Position numbers and translations under genes: made by a program. From Rhizaria sp. SCN 62-66 (Eukaryota): a stretch of 64,000 bases of DNA. Every line of letters starts with the position of its first letter. Position 1 is the first letter of the stretch. The stretch lies in assembly GCA_001724265.1 (NCBI GenBank), contig MEDY01000205.1, positions 1 to 64,000 of the forward strand, written 5' to 3'. Below the pieces are notes generated by a model, which worked only from the letters and a program-made list of their open reading frames with translations, had not been told where the DNA came from and made no database searches. This document shows, piece after piece, positions 11,801-20,708 of the stretch.

Positions 11801-14800
11801 GGATCGAGGTCATCCCGGTGGAGCAGTAGAGACTGCCGCCGAAGAGATAGAGAACCTCGTCGCCGCCGTCGGCGGAGAACGCAAGCGACGCGCCCACGCG
11901 CGGACCCGGGTTGTAAAGGGCGCCGAACTCACCGGGCGCGCCAAAAATGGGCATGTATTCGCCACTAGGCAAGTCAGGGTAACCCGACATCAGCGCCCAT
12001 TGCAGCGAAGACGGTGTGTTGTCGTTGAGAACGCACCACAAGTCGGTGTTGATGCCGTCGCCGCGGCCCGGGTAGTTGACCTGCTCGCCGGAGTAGATGC
12101 ACGCGCGCGTGGCGGAAGCGGCGCGGCCAAAGTGCTGGCGCGAACCGGGGTGGTTGTTGGCACTGAAATTGCCGTGGCCAGTGTGGAGAGCGGAGTAGGC
12201 GCCGGAAACGGGGAAATCACTGAGCAAATGGTTCGGACCTGCCGTCTGCCACGTCTTGTTCGCGACAGCAAAGGCCCAGATACCGGGCGGCGCGACGAAG
12301 CTTTCCATGTAGACGTACAGAGTCTCGCCGTCGACCGAAAACCACGCCAGTGCGTCGTGTGACGGCGGCGGCTGCGCCGCGGTGAAGTACTTGGGGCCGT
12401 CAAGAGTGGGCACCATGCCCGAGTCAAAGTGGATAAAATCCGTGACACCGGACAACGTCTCGATTTCGCGGTAGTTTTGCAGTGCGAACGACACCGAAGA
12501 GAGCCTCGAGTAGACTGTGCTCGACGCCATAGCGCCGTCGACCGCGATGCCGCCGTACGTCCACACGCGTCCGTCGGCAGGATGCACGGCCACCGCGCTG
12601 AACGGCAGCTGCACATGCGTCAAGAAGGTATCCGAGATGCCCGTGGCGTGTGCGGGGGTCAGAACGCGGCGGCGCTCAGTCTCGCCAGCGCCGCTGCAGG
12701 TCCCGCCCGTGCGGTAAGGCTTGCAAGAGCAGTAGTAGCCGCCGGCGCCCGGCACGCACGTGCCCGTCGTGGCGTTGCAGCTGGAGGTCGTCGGGCACAT
12801 GTTGCCTTGGGTCTCGAACAACGCGCCGTTGTGTGCGCCCGGGTACGCGAAGTACTGTGTGTACAGCGACGAACCGGGGATAGGAGTGATTTCGAGCTCG
12901 GTGTGCATAATACGCGGGGACGTGCCGACGCAGGTCGCGGCCTGGGGCGCAGTGCTGTCAGTGCAGATGGAAACCAGGTCAACCGACCACAAGTCGTCGA
13001 GGCCCAGGTAGCGGTTATACTCGAAAAGCGCGGTGGCCTCCCCGGTGGCGACGGCGGACATGGACCGGATGTCGTCGGCCCACGTCGGGTGCAGCGAGTA
13101 GCCGCCGTGGATGAAGAGCGTCGCCACAAGCGCTTTGCTGTCGACCGCGACGTCCGTCGTGGTAGGGATCGCCAGCACGGGCTGCAGACGCGCGCCCAGC
13201 CAGTGCCCCGGGTTGGAGGCCAGCAGCGCGCGCGACGCATTATTGCTCAGCGGCAGTGCGGTGCGCGCGAGGGGCGTGGCGAAACCATACACCAACTTCC
13301 AAAAGGCGGTGGAGCGTTCAAACACCCAGAGGTCGTCGAGCTGCGGCGAGCCGAAGATGTCGCGCGACACTGGCGGCAGAGTCTGCAGCGACGCCGGCAT
13401 CCGCGAGCGCAGCAAAAGCACGGGCCGTTGCTGGTACCGCAGCCAGGGGCCAACGACGTCGGTGTTCGCAACGGGGACGCCACCGCGGATGTAAGATAAG
13501 CTGGTGTTCGCGTCCTGTGCTTCCATGTCGACGGCAAACTGTTGGAATGTGTTGAGATCGGGGGAAAAGAACGTGAAGAGGTACTCGATGTGAAGAAACA
13601 GCAGCAGGTTACGGGTCCCCACGACGGGCGTTGCCGCGGGCAGTCCGTTGTCACGCGTGGCAGAACTGAGCGAGAGGAAGGAGTCCGTCTCCCAAACGTT
13701 GGGATTGAACGTCACAGCGTTGCCGTGAGCGCGCGCTGCGACGGCCATGGTTTCGAGCCACGCAGGGGTGTGTTTCGCTTCGTTAATCTCGCTGAAGTCA
13801 ACAAACTGGAGCAGTGCGTGGACACGGAAGCTCGCGGACTCGTACCATTCGGGGACAGCGCTGTAGCGAGAGAGCTTTAGCAGCACTTCAAGCGAGTTGA
13901 GAGGCGCGTTAAAGTCAATCCCGGCGGTCGTGAGCTCAGCTTCTGTGTACACAAAGGCGTGCAGACCGACAGCATTTTGCTCTGTGGGCGCGTTAAAGCG
14001 TCCGACAATCGGCAACGTGAAAGGAGCGAGTGCAACAGTCTGCGCCAGCGACAGCGATTCGGGGCGCAGCCCTGCGCGCGTGATGTAGTAACCGGCAGCG
14101 TGTCCGCGTCCGCCGAAAACGACGATGTCTCCGTTGGGCGCGACGTTCATCGCGTGGAAAACGCGGCCACCGGGGTGCTCAAGCGCCGCATCCTGCGACA
14201 GTGCGATGCGGGGGATACCGCGGCCGTTGGCGGCGCCTCGGACCGCCGGAGAGTCGATCCATGTCCAACTCAAGATGCCGTTTTGGATCTCCAGACGCCA
14301 GAGGCCGCCGTGCAGGGACGAGTCGAGCCTGCGGTCGGCGGCGTTGGAAATGTAGGGAATATCGCCGTCAACGGCCGCGGGCGGCAGGCGTGCACCGCCG
14401 AAAACGATAGCCTTGAAGATACCTGCCTGATGGTTGTAGAGCTCGATGGACATTGCAGCGTAGGCCATAGCGCCGGGCCCGTTGTGCGATTCGCGCCCCA
14501 CCGACGGGATTGCAAACTCCGGCGCAGTGGCGATCGTATAACCCACGGATTCGTTGGTACGCAGGTACAAATCGACGCTATCCCCGGAAATACGGATATC
14601 ATACACGTGGTCCATCTCAAAATACGCGTTGCGCCCCGTATGCTGCATCTTTGTGGGCATCACCAGACCGCCAAACAGCACCAGTTGGTTGTCATACGCG
14701 GCGAGACTCGCGCCCGCCATAGGCGGGAACGGAGTCAGCGCGCCGCCAGTTGCGGGCCGGACCTTAGCATAAGTCACCCCGTGGTGCCAGGCCCACTGGC

Positions 14801-16901
14801 GCGTCTCAAGCGAAAAGCTCCACAAGTCGTTGAAAAAGGCCTGGAGCTCGGCGATTGCCTTCCGCTCAGAGAGAGGCATTGTCGCGCCGCCCGCGAGCCA
14901 GAGGAGGCGCGTGACGGGGTCGTACGCCAGCGCCGCGGAGTGGCGGGCCGCGGGACGCAGCATGGGGTAGCGCTGTCCGATCGCGAGGCCGCTTTCCTCG
15001 TTGTTCGGCAGCCCGGCGGGGAGGTTCTCCAAACCGGGGTCGCCGTGCAGCAGCGTCGTGGTGTTGCCGACGACGTCAAACATCCACAGATCGGACAGCA
15101 ACGGCGGGATGTCGGCCGGGGACGTGTCTGGCGTGACGGCCATTCCGCCGAACCAGAACACGAGCTGCCCCGAGGTCACCGGGCTGACCCCGCCTATCAC
15201 GGGCGCCGCGGCGGGGGACGTGGCGATCGCGTGCAGAGTGCGGGGGCGCACGCGCGGGGCGGGCGTGGCGGGCGAAGAGTCCAGCGCCATGAAGGGCTGC
15301 AGTGTGTGTGACGCCAGCCGAGGCGGGACAGAGTTCTTGTCTTCCGGGGTGATGGTAAAGGACCGCTGCGCGGCGAATTTGCCCTGCCAGTTGAACGTGG
15401 TGGCCGCGATGGGGCGCGCCCTCGAGACCGGGGGCAGCAGGGAAGGAGAGACGGACGGCGTCCCCACTGCGGGCGCGATCAAATCAACGTCAGTTTCGAA
15501 GAAACCGTCCGCGTTGACTGTAATCCCAGAGGGCGGGCTCGGGAGATAGATCATAAGCCGCGCGCGTGCGTATTGATTCGGCAGCTGCGTGCCATGTAGC
15601 GAGAGCGTTTCACCGCGGAAAACGCACTGGCCGGTGGTGAAAAGCGAGTCGAGTGGGGCCGCGCCGTCCCAGGTGACCGTGAGCGCCTGGGGCTCGGTGG
15701 CCGTGGGCACGGCCTTGATGGCGCAGTACGAGCCGGGGTTGCCGCGGTAAAACAAGCCGTTGCTGTCCGTCAGTGAGAGTGTGAGAAGTGACGGAGTATT
15801 GCCACGTACGCCGAACTTCGTGCCTGTCCAGGACACGTTGCCGGCGACCGTGGGCGTGATGGTCTCATTGAGCATGCTCTCGATCACTGTGCGGACGGGG
15901 TCTGCGATTCGCGTGCCTGTGGCGAGCGTCAAGGCGAACGAGAACGCCCTTTCTGTCATCGAAGTGGTCTCGGTGACGGCGCGCCAAGGCGTCTCGCAGG
16001 TGATCATGGCGCCAATGCCTGGTACGGCGTCGGTGGGGGCGGCAAAGTTCATGACGAGCAGTGTGCCATTAGAGCTCCCGTCACGGGTGAGGACCACCTC
16101 CAAACCGCTGTCCAGCGTGAGAGAACACGTGGGAGTTCCGCTGAAGAGGAAGAATGGGTTCGTGTCGATCATCAGCAAAGGCTGGGCGTTGCCGGGGACG
16201 CCGAGCCAGCTGGAGAAGGTGAATCGCATCGACATGGTCGTCGAGGCCTTGCGCTGGTACCGGTCAGCGTAACGGAAAATGCCGCCGTGCGGGAAATCGA
16301 TCGTCGCGTTGGCGGGGGTGAAGGCCGGGCTGCTGATGTTCAAGACGGTGGCGTTGGGCCATGTCAGCCGCGCGGCGAGCCCGCCGACGGACATTGCCGA
16401 TGTGAACGGCGAGACGACGGCAGAGCAAACCAAAGTGACAGGTGCAATCCAGACTCCGCTGTATCGCAAGGTGACGACTTCAGCGTCTGTGGTGGGGGTG
16501 CCGATGATGGTGGAGACGGGCGCGGAGGAGGAGATGCATGCACAGCGCTGGAGTGTGGATGGGATGATAGACGGCACAGCACTTTCATTGTCGACGTGGA
16601 AGATCTCGAGCTTTATCTCGTCATGTTGAGCCGCGTTGAGACCAGAGATGGCGAGCTGGATTTCGATGAAGGAGAGACGCTTCGGGAACTCAGTGGTCAC
16701 GGTGAGATCGTACGCGGCGGAAACACCGTTGCATGCAACTGTGAGAAGCAGGAATGCGGCTGAAAGTGCGAGACTCAGAAGCGAACCAACACGATGCCCC
16801 TTTTGCCGCTGATGTTGACGCCACTGCTGCCAGTCCTGCTGCTGCTGCTGCTGCTGCTGGGGCTGGTAAGCGCCCAGGCGTGGCGGCGACGACGAAAACA
16901 T
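2814..16901 (-). CDS. Giant polycystin-1/REJ-like cell-surface receptor (~4,695 aa): kelch repeats, EGF-like domains, REJ module, GAIN/GPS, 5 TM helices, Pro-rich tail
   Basis: Single uninterrupted ORF ending TAA. Likely start at ATG 16901 (MFSSSPP...), followed by hydrophobic signal LLSLALSAAFLLLTVACNGVSA. Many kelch blades (hhhFGG...DLW.F). EGF-like Cys clusters at ~12690-12800 and ~10890-11170. REJ-like region ~6540-8280. GPS motif CEWWD...WSTKGC...CQCTHLTLF at ~5124-5250. Five hydrophobic segments at ~3990-5030, including the PKD1-family HLWLSV...RVT motif. Confidence 0.88.
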   Translation of the reverse strand: MFSSSPPRLGAYQPQQQQQQQQDWQQWRQHQRQKGHRVGSLLSLALSAAFLLLTVACNGVSAAYDLTVTTEFPKRLSFIEIQLAISGLNAAQHDEIKLEIFHVDNESAVPSIIPSTLQRCACISSSAPVSTIIGTPTTDAEVVTLRYSGVWIAPVTLVCSAVVSPFTSAMSVGGLAARLTWPNATVLNISSPAFTPANATIDFPHGGIFRYADRYQRKASTTMSMRFTFSSWLGVPGNAQPLLMIDTNPFFLFSGTPTCSLTLDSGLEVVLTRDGSSNGTLLVMNFAAPTDAVPGIGAMITCETPWRAVTETTSMTERAFSFALTLATGTRIADPVRTVIESMLNETITPTVAGNVSWTGTKFGVRGNTPSLLTLSLTDSNGLFYRGNPGSYCAIKAVPTATEPQALTVTWDGAAPLDSLFTTGQCVFRGETLSLHGTQLPNQYARARLMIYLPSPPSGITVNADGFFETDVDLIAPAVGTPSVSPSLLPPVSRARPIAATTFNWQGKFAAQRSFTITPEDKNSVPPRLASHTLQPFMALDSSPATPAPRVRPRTLHAIATSPAAAPVIGGVSPVTSGQLVFWFGGMAVTPDTSPADIPPLLSDLWMFDVVGNTTTLLHGDPGLENLPAGLPNNEESGLAIGQRYPMLRPAARHSAALAYDPVTRLLWLAGGATMPLSERKAIAELQAFFNDLWSFSLETRQWAWHHGVTYAKVRPATGGALTPFPPMAGASLAAYDNQLVLFGGLVMPTKMQHTGRNAYFEMDHVYDIRISGDSVDLYLRTNESVGYTIATAPEFAIPSVGRESHNGPGAMAYAAMSIELYNHQAGIFKAIVFGGARLPPAAVDGDIPYISNAADRRLDSSLHGGLWRLEIQNGILSWTWIDSPAVRGAANGRGIPRIALSQDAALEHPGGRVFHAMNVAPNGDIVVFGGRGHAAGYYITRAGLRPESLSLAQTVALAPFTLPIVGRFNAPTEQNAVGLHAFVYTEAELTTAGIDFNAPLNSLEVLLKLSRYSAVPEWYESASFRVHALLQFVDFSEINEAKHTPAWLETMAVAARAHGNAVTFNPNVWETDSFLSLSSATRDNGLPAATPVVGTRNLLLFLHIEYLFTFFSPDLNTFQQFAVDMEAQDANTSLSYIRGGVPVANTDVVGPWLRYQQRPVLLLRSRMPASLQTLPPVSRDIFGSPQLDDLWVFERSTAFWKLVYGFATPLARTALPLSNNASRALLASNPGHWLGARLQPVLAIPTTTDVAVDSKALVATLFIHGGYSLHPTWADDIRSMSAVATGEATALFEYNRYLGLDDLWSVDLVSICTDSTAPQAATCVGTSPRIMHTELEITPIPGSSLYTQYFAYPGAHNGALFETQGNMCPTTSSCNATTGTCVPGAGGYYCSCKPYRTGGTCSGAGETERRRVLTPAHATGISDTFLTHVQLPFSAVAVHPADGRVWTYGGIAVDGAMASSTVYSRLSSVSFALQNYREIETLSGVTDFIHFDSGMVPTLDGPKYFTAAQPPPSHDALAWFSVDGETLYVYMESFVAPPGIWAFAVANKTWQTAGPNHLLSDFPVSGAYSALHTGHGNFSANNHPGSRQHFGRAASATRACIYSGEQVNYPGRGDGINTDLWCVLNDNTPSSLQWALMSGYPDLPSGEYMPIFGAPGEFGALYNPGPRVGASLAFSADGGDEVLYLFGGSLYCSTGMTSIPRPAYMADLWVFDFFRNQWAYLSGPTTWATTVSAHRADRRETAGAPSRLQWPGARAAASMAAAADGLLYISDGVGLREDGLSAPLQSTFAVFARQLHDIFWQSNDYQWAPEHEEGTAVAAWIWIDELNNTREPAAFSWSNFVRSPILGGQMTFIPSSLASRDTGYARPASLMVRTTGLRQLSEPPMATEIYPFAATQSYTVHDMPISLGTDSCRNNPCANGGTCQLCRDLVNNCTGALDAGQGASFYACRCPAGYFGQHCELTRYTYAPPSAIRGIPCRNGALPNNVSISAPCACQTDATDPLCSPLRAAAIVQSNGSSILTASRIHTANAVAHGLSSIAAGMLGFPQNDTVLFGGGGAESINRHFLAGTIAAVSYATRAAVIVHQPPNGADSTSVFTGTAVSIGSYYGAALVFAPTVDRLFLHGGIYYTGELMMARDVYDRLWRLWPSQQSVAPQPEILTPAPARTTARIPPTLVGSVDVDNMTGHARRSDGVYPTGSPGARAFHSMAAITISGVEYVYLYGGMKPSVDGLQYLADIWRFRTRDSGSITWEYIGCAVTVPNFISLSSPLNTTKSLKDFCPSARARTQMLTVGTELWVIGGVGAAGALDDIWVFNAEFETWTLRAGSSVKSTGTVTAPNFATLPYTMGSRYGHSCDVLPTAGSAIVCYGGLTAQGASVDLFRRITPVMLSRSVYYPSAGALDVLPPFYPHDTDKAWLATEVPRELLTSVGLEDGLQLRSLTLYFALPVDAYFGAMFRVNARLAFVSDWVNDLYSVAATASTSMDTTPTSWATDGTTLTLTFSGTFAVMDAPHVSLVVIIETVPIAGSFNREREHLAWASPSENVANDQFVAFTSIRSRNTLVGGTNGKVWQTDLRPQLRFSVLPDASADGVAAANDMFSINTTTFGIAQLAGASTATSASLAGAKLAYGAGNSIARGDPVIESLEANRAVEWQGALLDLEAEDATESQFAMQMTPSALVGHLFAVLPTGAGLPQRYMTMGGYWTLEAPLDASDDWNGHHLLLNRNFPFSGGTDAFTVANKYLFYGGARGKYTAPAPPAQPFPMPTIARFTPSMSSVELLFEAPTQQPRSTTPASEANCNIVLSGFSNHSPGSGVQCAWSTPSTFTIMLGASFTVRAGDEVIIKGGVIRTGSTLAENATALYLPETHMIVMLPDTMTTPVPVVTGPARLGVCDALSLSSVASANSGGLAFAHTWHSDGDDFALQDYITRTYGLRDDGKPFLSDSSPYYIPTLSVPLGEDLNDILPPGGTVKFTLELQSWYGQTATTSITVSRAYSELPQIAIAGSKTLSVVPTRNVLVNALISRVSLCEGATVGTNISYIWTQVGETGVEFVGNLASLRVRAYAMPPRVAPYVFRVNVTDVTGNTPYTNSDEVSITVTASALRAVISGGGKVHSASKELVLSAALSRDPDVNPAGGTSQYDGLTYLWSCVDASNAAQPCFANGTFTNLSSVEVRFASSFLESADVLTTVMLFSVTVSKGSERAPVTVSARVDLTIDDPEYSVAVSSPGRSQILQQNPIVMTAVVARLSAGDPAATERYRPRVLWSCDTRNANLNEAGLILFQAASPASDGSGGLVYTLALSGEKLVPGVAYTFRLSLFPNNGTVLPTQAEIQDLPVAALPGELVSSYASFSINSPPRSGSCAPVFAANVTEARSNVPFTLRCSGWEDDVEDLPLTYHWYAESKRVLRGAVKSNWVEIGMALPQPSLEATLRAGHAVDGYARAIEVYITDIWGAQTRVEVEVPFEAPASADPAEGEITTGAVPKLFSTLAADGATAEDIEALFATLTDAVTVSDIAAVSQSTLRITDALEDAAVSVTAAGKTAFRARLLEAIRGVAEMLTISQDARRAAAALVDSEGSSAETEQDHNQFSQNAGYSEVAIELLTQLCADGTQLDRATRTQALHTLVVQTSSLASRDAFLGMSTATADSALVATQVVIDAFAAELAALNHNTSLPVAGSAASNTTEGAELLALKQEAAGVVNAIAQQMNVLAMGSLAQQAVGQAATSLVFGGISVVSQAIATLHAPDAIEARMPTESEGEPVTARVTLPPSLQHLNASALQVVMAMVEDSALFHLAGMATESYLNGSQSSPLLAFTVFNRTLANVTDVAVGDGVTVPVQEHISFNLGGSGAYYDAGRPFAMLAAAEDEYFTLEVPHAKPTWPDVSFTCEWWDANANGVGGKWSTKGCKLVSVSSTNTTTTCQCTHLTLFRVRLDLNHFLPKFNTLDVNDFKNLTWSNIKAHPLPLITCGVWFVAYLFFAFVAAMIDRRMDARALRHYHGEWSDPQRKQWDAVTGDTSASLPSTARRNPDHGVEKMAFMERWIDLLRHLLKHDHLWLSVLIRYDTNAFSSVGRVTAGFVLVLTGYMINALFFGSADGSVSFSTIVTSVISAAILIPVGILISLLFGRSQQGRLKSAIYGYAEHVAQLQYTNRISEPQYATRNEHRMKRNPVISDEDERVLLHSIAQAGGWTHGPGNALIPENARGVRDERELRNQLRLLVHIDYDLFMVWFRESWSFPLGVRLFGFVLLWIYVIVLVLLILVYGVQLDMKKNDNTKQWLQASAISNVLEIFIFKPISICVKAFVLIILSHCFCGGKPKGPASKSTPDDNLTVYSAIEMFAGSGAGRGHKHVAADLALDTVHTGGAGNGNNNDNDGAVAVRVASGPHGPYGPHSSSGSGDPYSSNDSFTGSPFGATALQGSSSGWNALPANSPANSPAAVEMEMTPIGRSAATAYQAATAYQAVGSAPSSPAQPVAPRLPAVPSAPYPAPYTVGNGTEDDHYYGGDTADYAPVAPPAPSSAVVMPPPPPVPSAPAAPAPDAPVYASPSPAPSPAPSPTQDTYATHTGPPVPAPPPPLPPLASTSARTSAAPPPIPPAHAYNTQPPQQYGSAAGAHTATHDPSRAPAIPALPAPTGGVPIMGTRSALAYQEREASASVAGRSNNNNNNSNNGNGEQSGAQTSLRAPMPLPSHIKPEYHRQE

Positions 16902-17592
16902 CGAGCCGGAAAAGACTAGAGAGCGAGTGGTCTCGTCTGCTCTGCGCTTCAGGGTTGACGTTGACGGCCAAGTAAAAATGACTTCAGGGGAGTGAGAGGA
17001 AAGGGGTACTTCACCCGCTGGAGGTGTGTAGATAACAAAAAAGAAGATATGGGTGCAGTATGAGCTAGGTGACGGAGTGTACACGCTTTGTAATATGGCT
17101 TCGAAACGAAAACATGGGATTGTGGTCAAAGAAAATGTTGATGGAAAGAATTGCCTGTCATGCCGAAGCGAGGTTAGACTGACATTCACGTATAGCTCAA
17201 AAAGGAGCGAGTGGTCGCTAAGCTCGGCGCGTGCAGTCATAAATCGTGAATATCACCTAAACGACAATACCAAACACATAATATTTTGTCCGCTCACGAT
17301 GCAGGACGCGGGGAACACTCACTCGAAAACGCCGCCCCTCCTTGTCGGTGAGCGTACGTCGCGGTTTGCGGCGCGCTGGTCGAAAAAAAAAGATGGCGCT
17401 CAAAAAAGTGACCGTGACGTGAGACTTTAATTTCCGCCCGGATCGTGAGAGAGAGAGGAGCCCCAAAGGAGGACCAAGCTGAGGCTATTTCGGAACTTAT
17501 GTTGCTTCATTCGCATTGCTGCTTTTTTGTCTGGATAGTATCTCATGTTTTATTTTTATTTTGTTTGTTCCCTTTCTCTCCCTGACGGTTAG

Positions 17593-19467
17593 ATGAGTGT
17601 TGTCCGGGCTCTTTTGGTCGTGGCCCTCGCTCTGGGTAGCAGTGTGTCGGCGCTCTCTATGGAGCGCCTCAGCGTCCTGGCTCAGCCCAGTCTGCAGCCC
17701 TCGGCGCTGCTCGAGCTCGGCTCTTTGCTCGCTAACGCTACCGCGGCCACTGCGAACGCGTCTTCGGCGCCCAACAACGGCACCAAGCCCGCCGACAACT
17801 CGACCGCTCCTCCCCCAGCCCAGAATGGCACTGCTGCTCCCCCGGCGCCCGCCAACGGCACCGCTCCTGTGCCTCCCGCGACCAACGGCACCGCCCCCGT
17901 GCCCCCCGCGGCCGTCAACTCCACCGCGCCCACTCCTGGCAACAGCACCAGCGGTAACACCACTGCGCCCCCCGCCCCTGCTGGCAATGGCACCGCGCCT
18001 CCCCCCGCTCCCGCGAACGGCACAGCGCCCGGCCCCGCCGGCAACGCCACCGCGCCCCACGGCAACGCCACCGTTGCTCCCCCTCAGGGCAACGGCACCG
18101 CCCCTGGCGGCAACGGCACCGCGCCCCACGGCAACGGCACCGCCCCCGCTGCCAACGCCACTGCCCCGGTCAACGGCACCAACAACGGCAACCTGACCGC
18201 CCCCATCGGCAACGCCACCGCGGCCGGCAACGGCACCATCGCCGGCAACAACAACACCAACAGCACTGTGCCTGTCAACACGAACCGCACGGGCTCCGAC
18301 CTCATCGCGCCTGTCAAGCCCTCTCGCGGCCCCAAGATCGACTGCCCGATGTGCCAGCTCGTCGCCGGGAAGCCCAACGTCACCGTCTCGCGCAACGCGT
18401 CGCGCATCTCGCTTGACACCTCCTCCGTGACTGTCCGCGCCGAGGCTTACCGCGGCGTGCCGCGCTTCGTGCTCGGCAACACCGCCGACAAGACCGAGTC
18501 GAAGCACGTCATGTCGCTCGAGCGCATTTTCCTCACTTCTGCTAAGACCCTCACTGGCGGCGTGCTGCCCGCTGAGCAGCGCGCGAAGGAGGTCGTGTTC
18601 AAGTCGCTCAACGGCTCCGAGCCCTACACCTGGACGGTCGGCGAGGCCACTACTGTCGCGGATAACAAGGTTGTGATGTACTCGTTCCCGCTCACCGGCG
18701 TCCCCAAGACGATCGGCACTAACACCGGTGCGATGCGCCCGACGATCATCTTCGACAACGTCTTTCTGTCGAACGAGAACGTGACCACCACCAAGTACGA
18801 CTTCAAGGTCGATAACATGAGCGATGACTACTGGAAGGGCGCCCCCAACAACACGCTCTACGAGAGCTTCGTCGCCGTCTTCCACATCCAGCGCCAGGTA
18901 TGTAAAACAACAAATATATGAGAATAACAAAATTTGTTTAAGTATCTCATGCATTTCGCGACTTTTTTCTTTTTAAATTCCACGAAGAATGTGACTTGTT
19001 TGTATTCTCACAACAATTTCCACTTTCGCTCTTTGTCTCTCTTGCTTTGCTTGCTGTAGGACCGTGTCGGCATGGAGGAGAACCCCCGCTCGGAGACCAA
19101 CCGCGTGACCTCTTTGGCGGTCAACCACACGATCCCCGCGCGCCCTGTTGTCGGCGTCGACAGCCGCGGCGAGCAGAACGTCACTCTGTCCACCGTTTCC
19201 TCCGGCGGCATCGACCTTGCGTCGATCGCCACTGCCATTACGGCCTCGGGCAACACCAAGAAGGTCGCCATGCTGCTTGGCCAGGACGTCGACGGCGCGC
19301 AGGCAGTCTATTTCTTCTACGAGCGCTTCGATAAGGCCCTTGTGCACGATCCCTACATGATCCTTAACGCCGCGTCGCTTGATAGCGCCGCTGCGGGCCT
19401 GACCCCGTCATCTTTCCTCGCCGTCGCCGTCGCCGTCGCCGCCGCCGTCGCCACCTTTGTGTTCTAA
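17593..19467 (+). CDS. Secreted, probably GPI-anchored, heavily N-glycosylated surface protein (570 aa; exons 17593-18897, 19060-19467)
   Basis: Signal peptide MSVVRALLVVALALGSSVSA. Pro/Ala-rich stalk with ~25 N-x-S/T sequons. Phase-0 intron 18898-19059 (GTATGT...TAG, AT-rich) joins the two ORFs in frame. Beta-rich domain ending YFFYERFDKALVHDP, then a hydrophobic C-terminus after small residues (DSAAAG). Ends TAA. Strong C-ending codon bias. Confidence 0.85.
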
Positions 19468-20708
19468 GCTCTGAAGCCTGTTGTGCACAAAGCGCAGAGC
19501 AAAGAGACGAGAAAATATAAAGCAGAAAATGTTATGGTGTCTTGGTTGTTGAACTTCGATCTGAGCAGGAGCTATCGCTGTTTATATGCGGAGAGGTGCG
19601 AATGACTGGACATAAGCCTTGCCGCTTTGTGTAGCAAGCGAGTCAGCTGGCTGGTCGTGATGAATGGAAAGTGGAAGGGTGTGAATTGAAGAGCATGCGA
19701 TGCTGCTGATGGTGGTGATGTGTGTAAATGCGTTTAGACACGAAAGGAGCGTATGATTGATTTGTCTCGTCTGATCTCTCTGGCGGTTTGGAGGTGTGTT
19801 TATACGTCATAGCTTCGTTTGAGCGAATTGTCGATCGAAAGAGCTGCGCTGCGCAGCGCAGTTGCCGCTTAAGCAACCTAAACGCGTTGAGTGTATATCA
19901 AATCATTCGTCTGCGTGCTCAATCGACAATAATACAAACTTATCCCCAATTATTCATGTTTTTTACGAGATTAATTGACTCTTAAAACGACTTTACAAGC
20001 TTCATTTTTAGAACATACATGATATATATATATACATACTTGCATATACTAGTACCTATACATGTAAATGTACCAAGATATACGAATATGTTTTGAGGTT
20101 GTCATGTGTTGATTTCCTGCGATATGTTATTTGCAAGCTCGAAATATATTAGCCACTTGAAAGAATGACGAAAATCAAAGACGTGGTTATATCTCAATGA
20201 AAATAATATAATTTGTCAAAATTACGATAGTATTAAAAAACTAAACGGTTTATTTATAAAATACCAATCACAGGTTCATTAGAGCACTCATATCACGGAT
20301 AAATCTTCAATTAAGTAGATTCACGTCGTCAAGTTGTTTAAACACACTCTTCCATTCCATTCATTCCTGGAAAAGCATGTCTAGCTGCCCAAAGCAAGCT
20401 AAGCTCGCTTTGACAAACAAGAAATACCTCGACAACATCTGCTTGTCCACATATACAACATAATAGTCAAAGATAAACAACAAATCAACTATCTTGTAGG
20501 TGCGCACAGTATGTTGAGTTTCAAACACAATTTTGTAACTTGAAATTGTGACTAGCAATCTATGTTTTTGTGTGGATACCATGTGTGTCTTCTATCACAA
20601 GGAAAAAATCAAACATTTCATTAATCGCGCCATCCATCCGCAAACCTTTGTGTTGTTCGTGTCTGAACAGCGACTCAAGATGCATTCAGTATCGAATGTT
20701 ATGTGTTG

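Noticed and set aside
16902-17240. 113-codon N-terminal extension of the 4,808-aa ORF
   Set aside because: AT-rich, UTR-like composition. ATG 16901 places the signal peptide near the N-terminus. The same reasoning was applied to the extensions of ORFs 22389..24239, 24489..26336 and 29756..32188.
17497-18954. Long antisense and alternate-frame ORFs (e.g. 17497..18954, 10203..11495, 13959..15311, 54052..55404, 60065..61693)
   Set aside because: Shadow ORFs expected opposite GC-rich, codon-biased genes; no motifs of their own.
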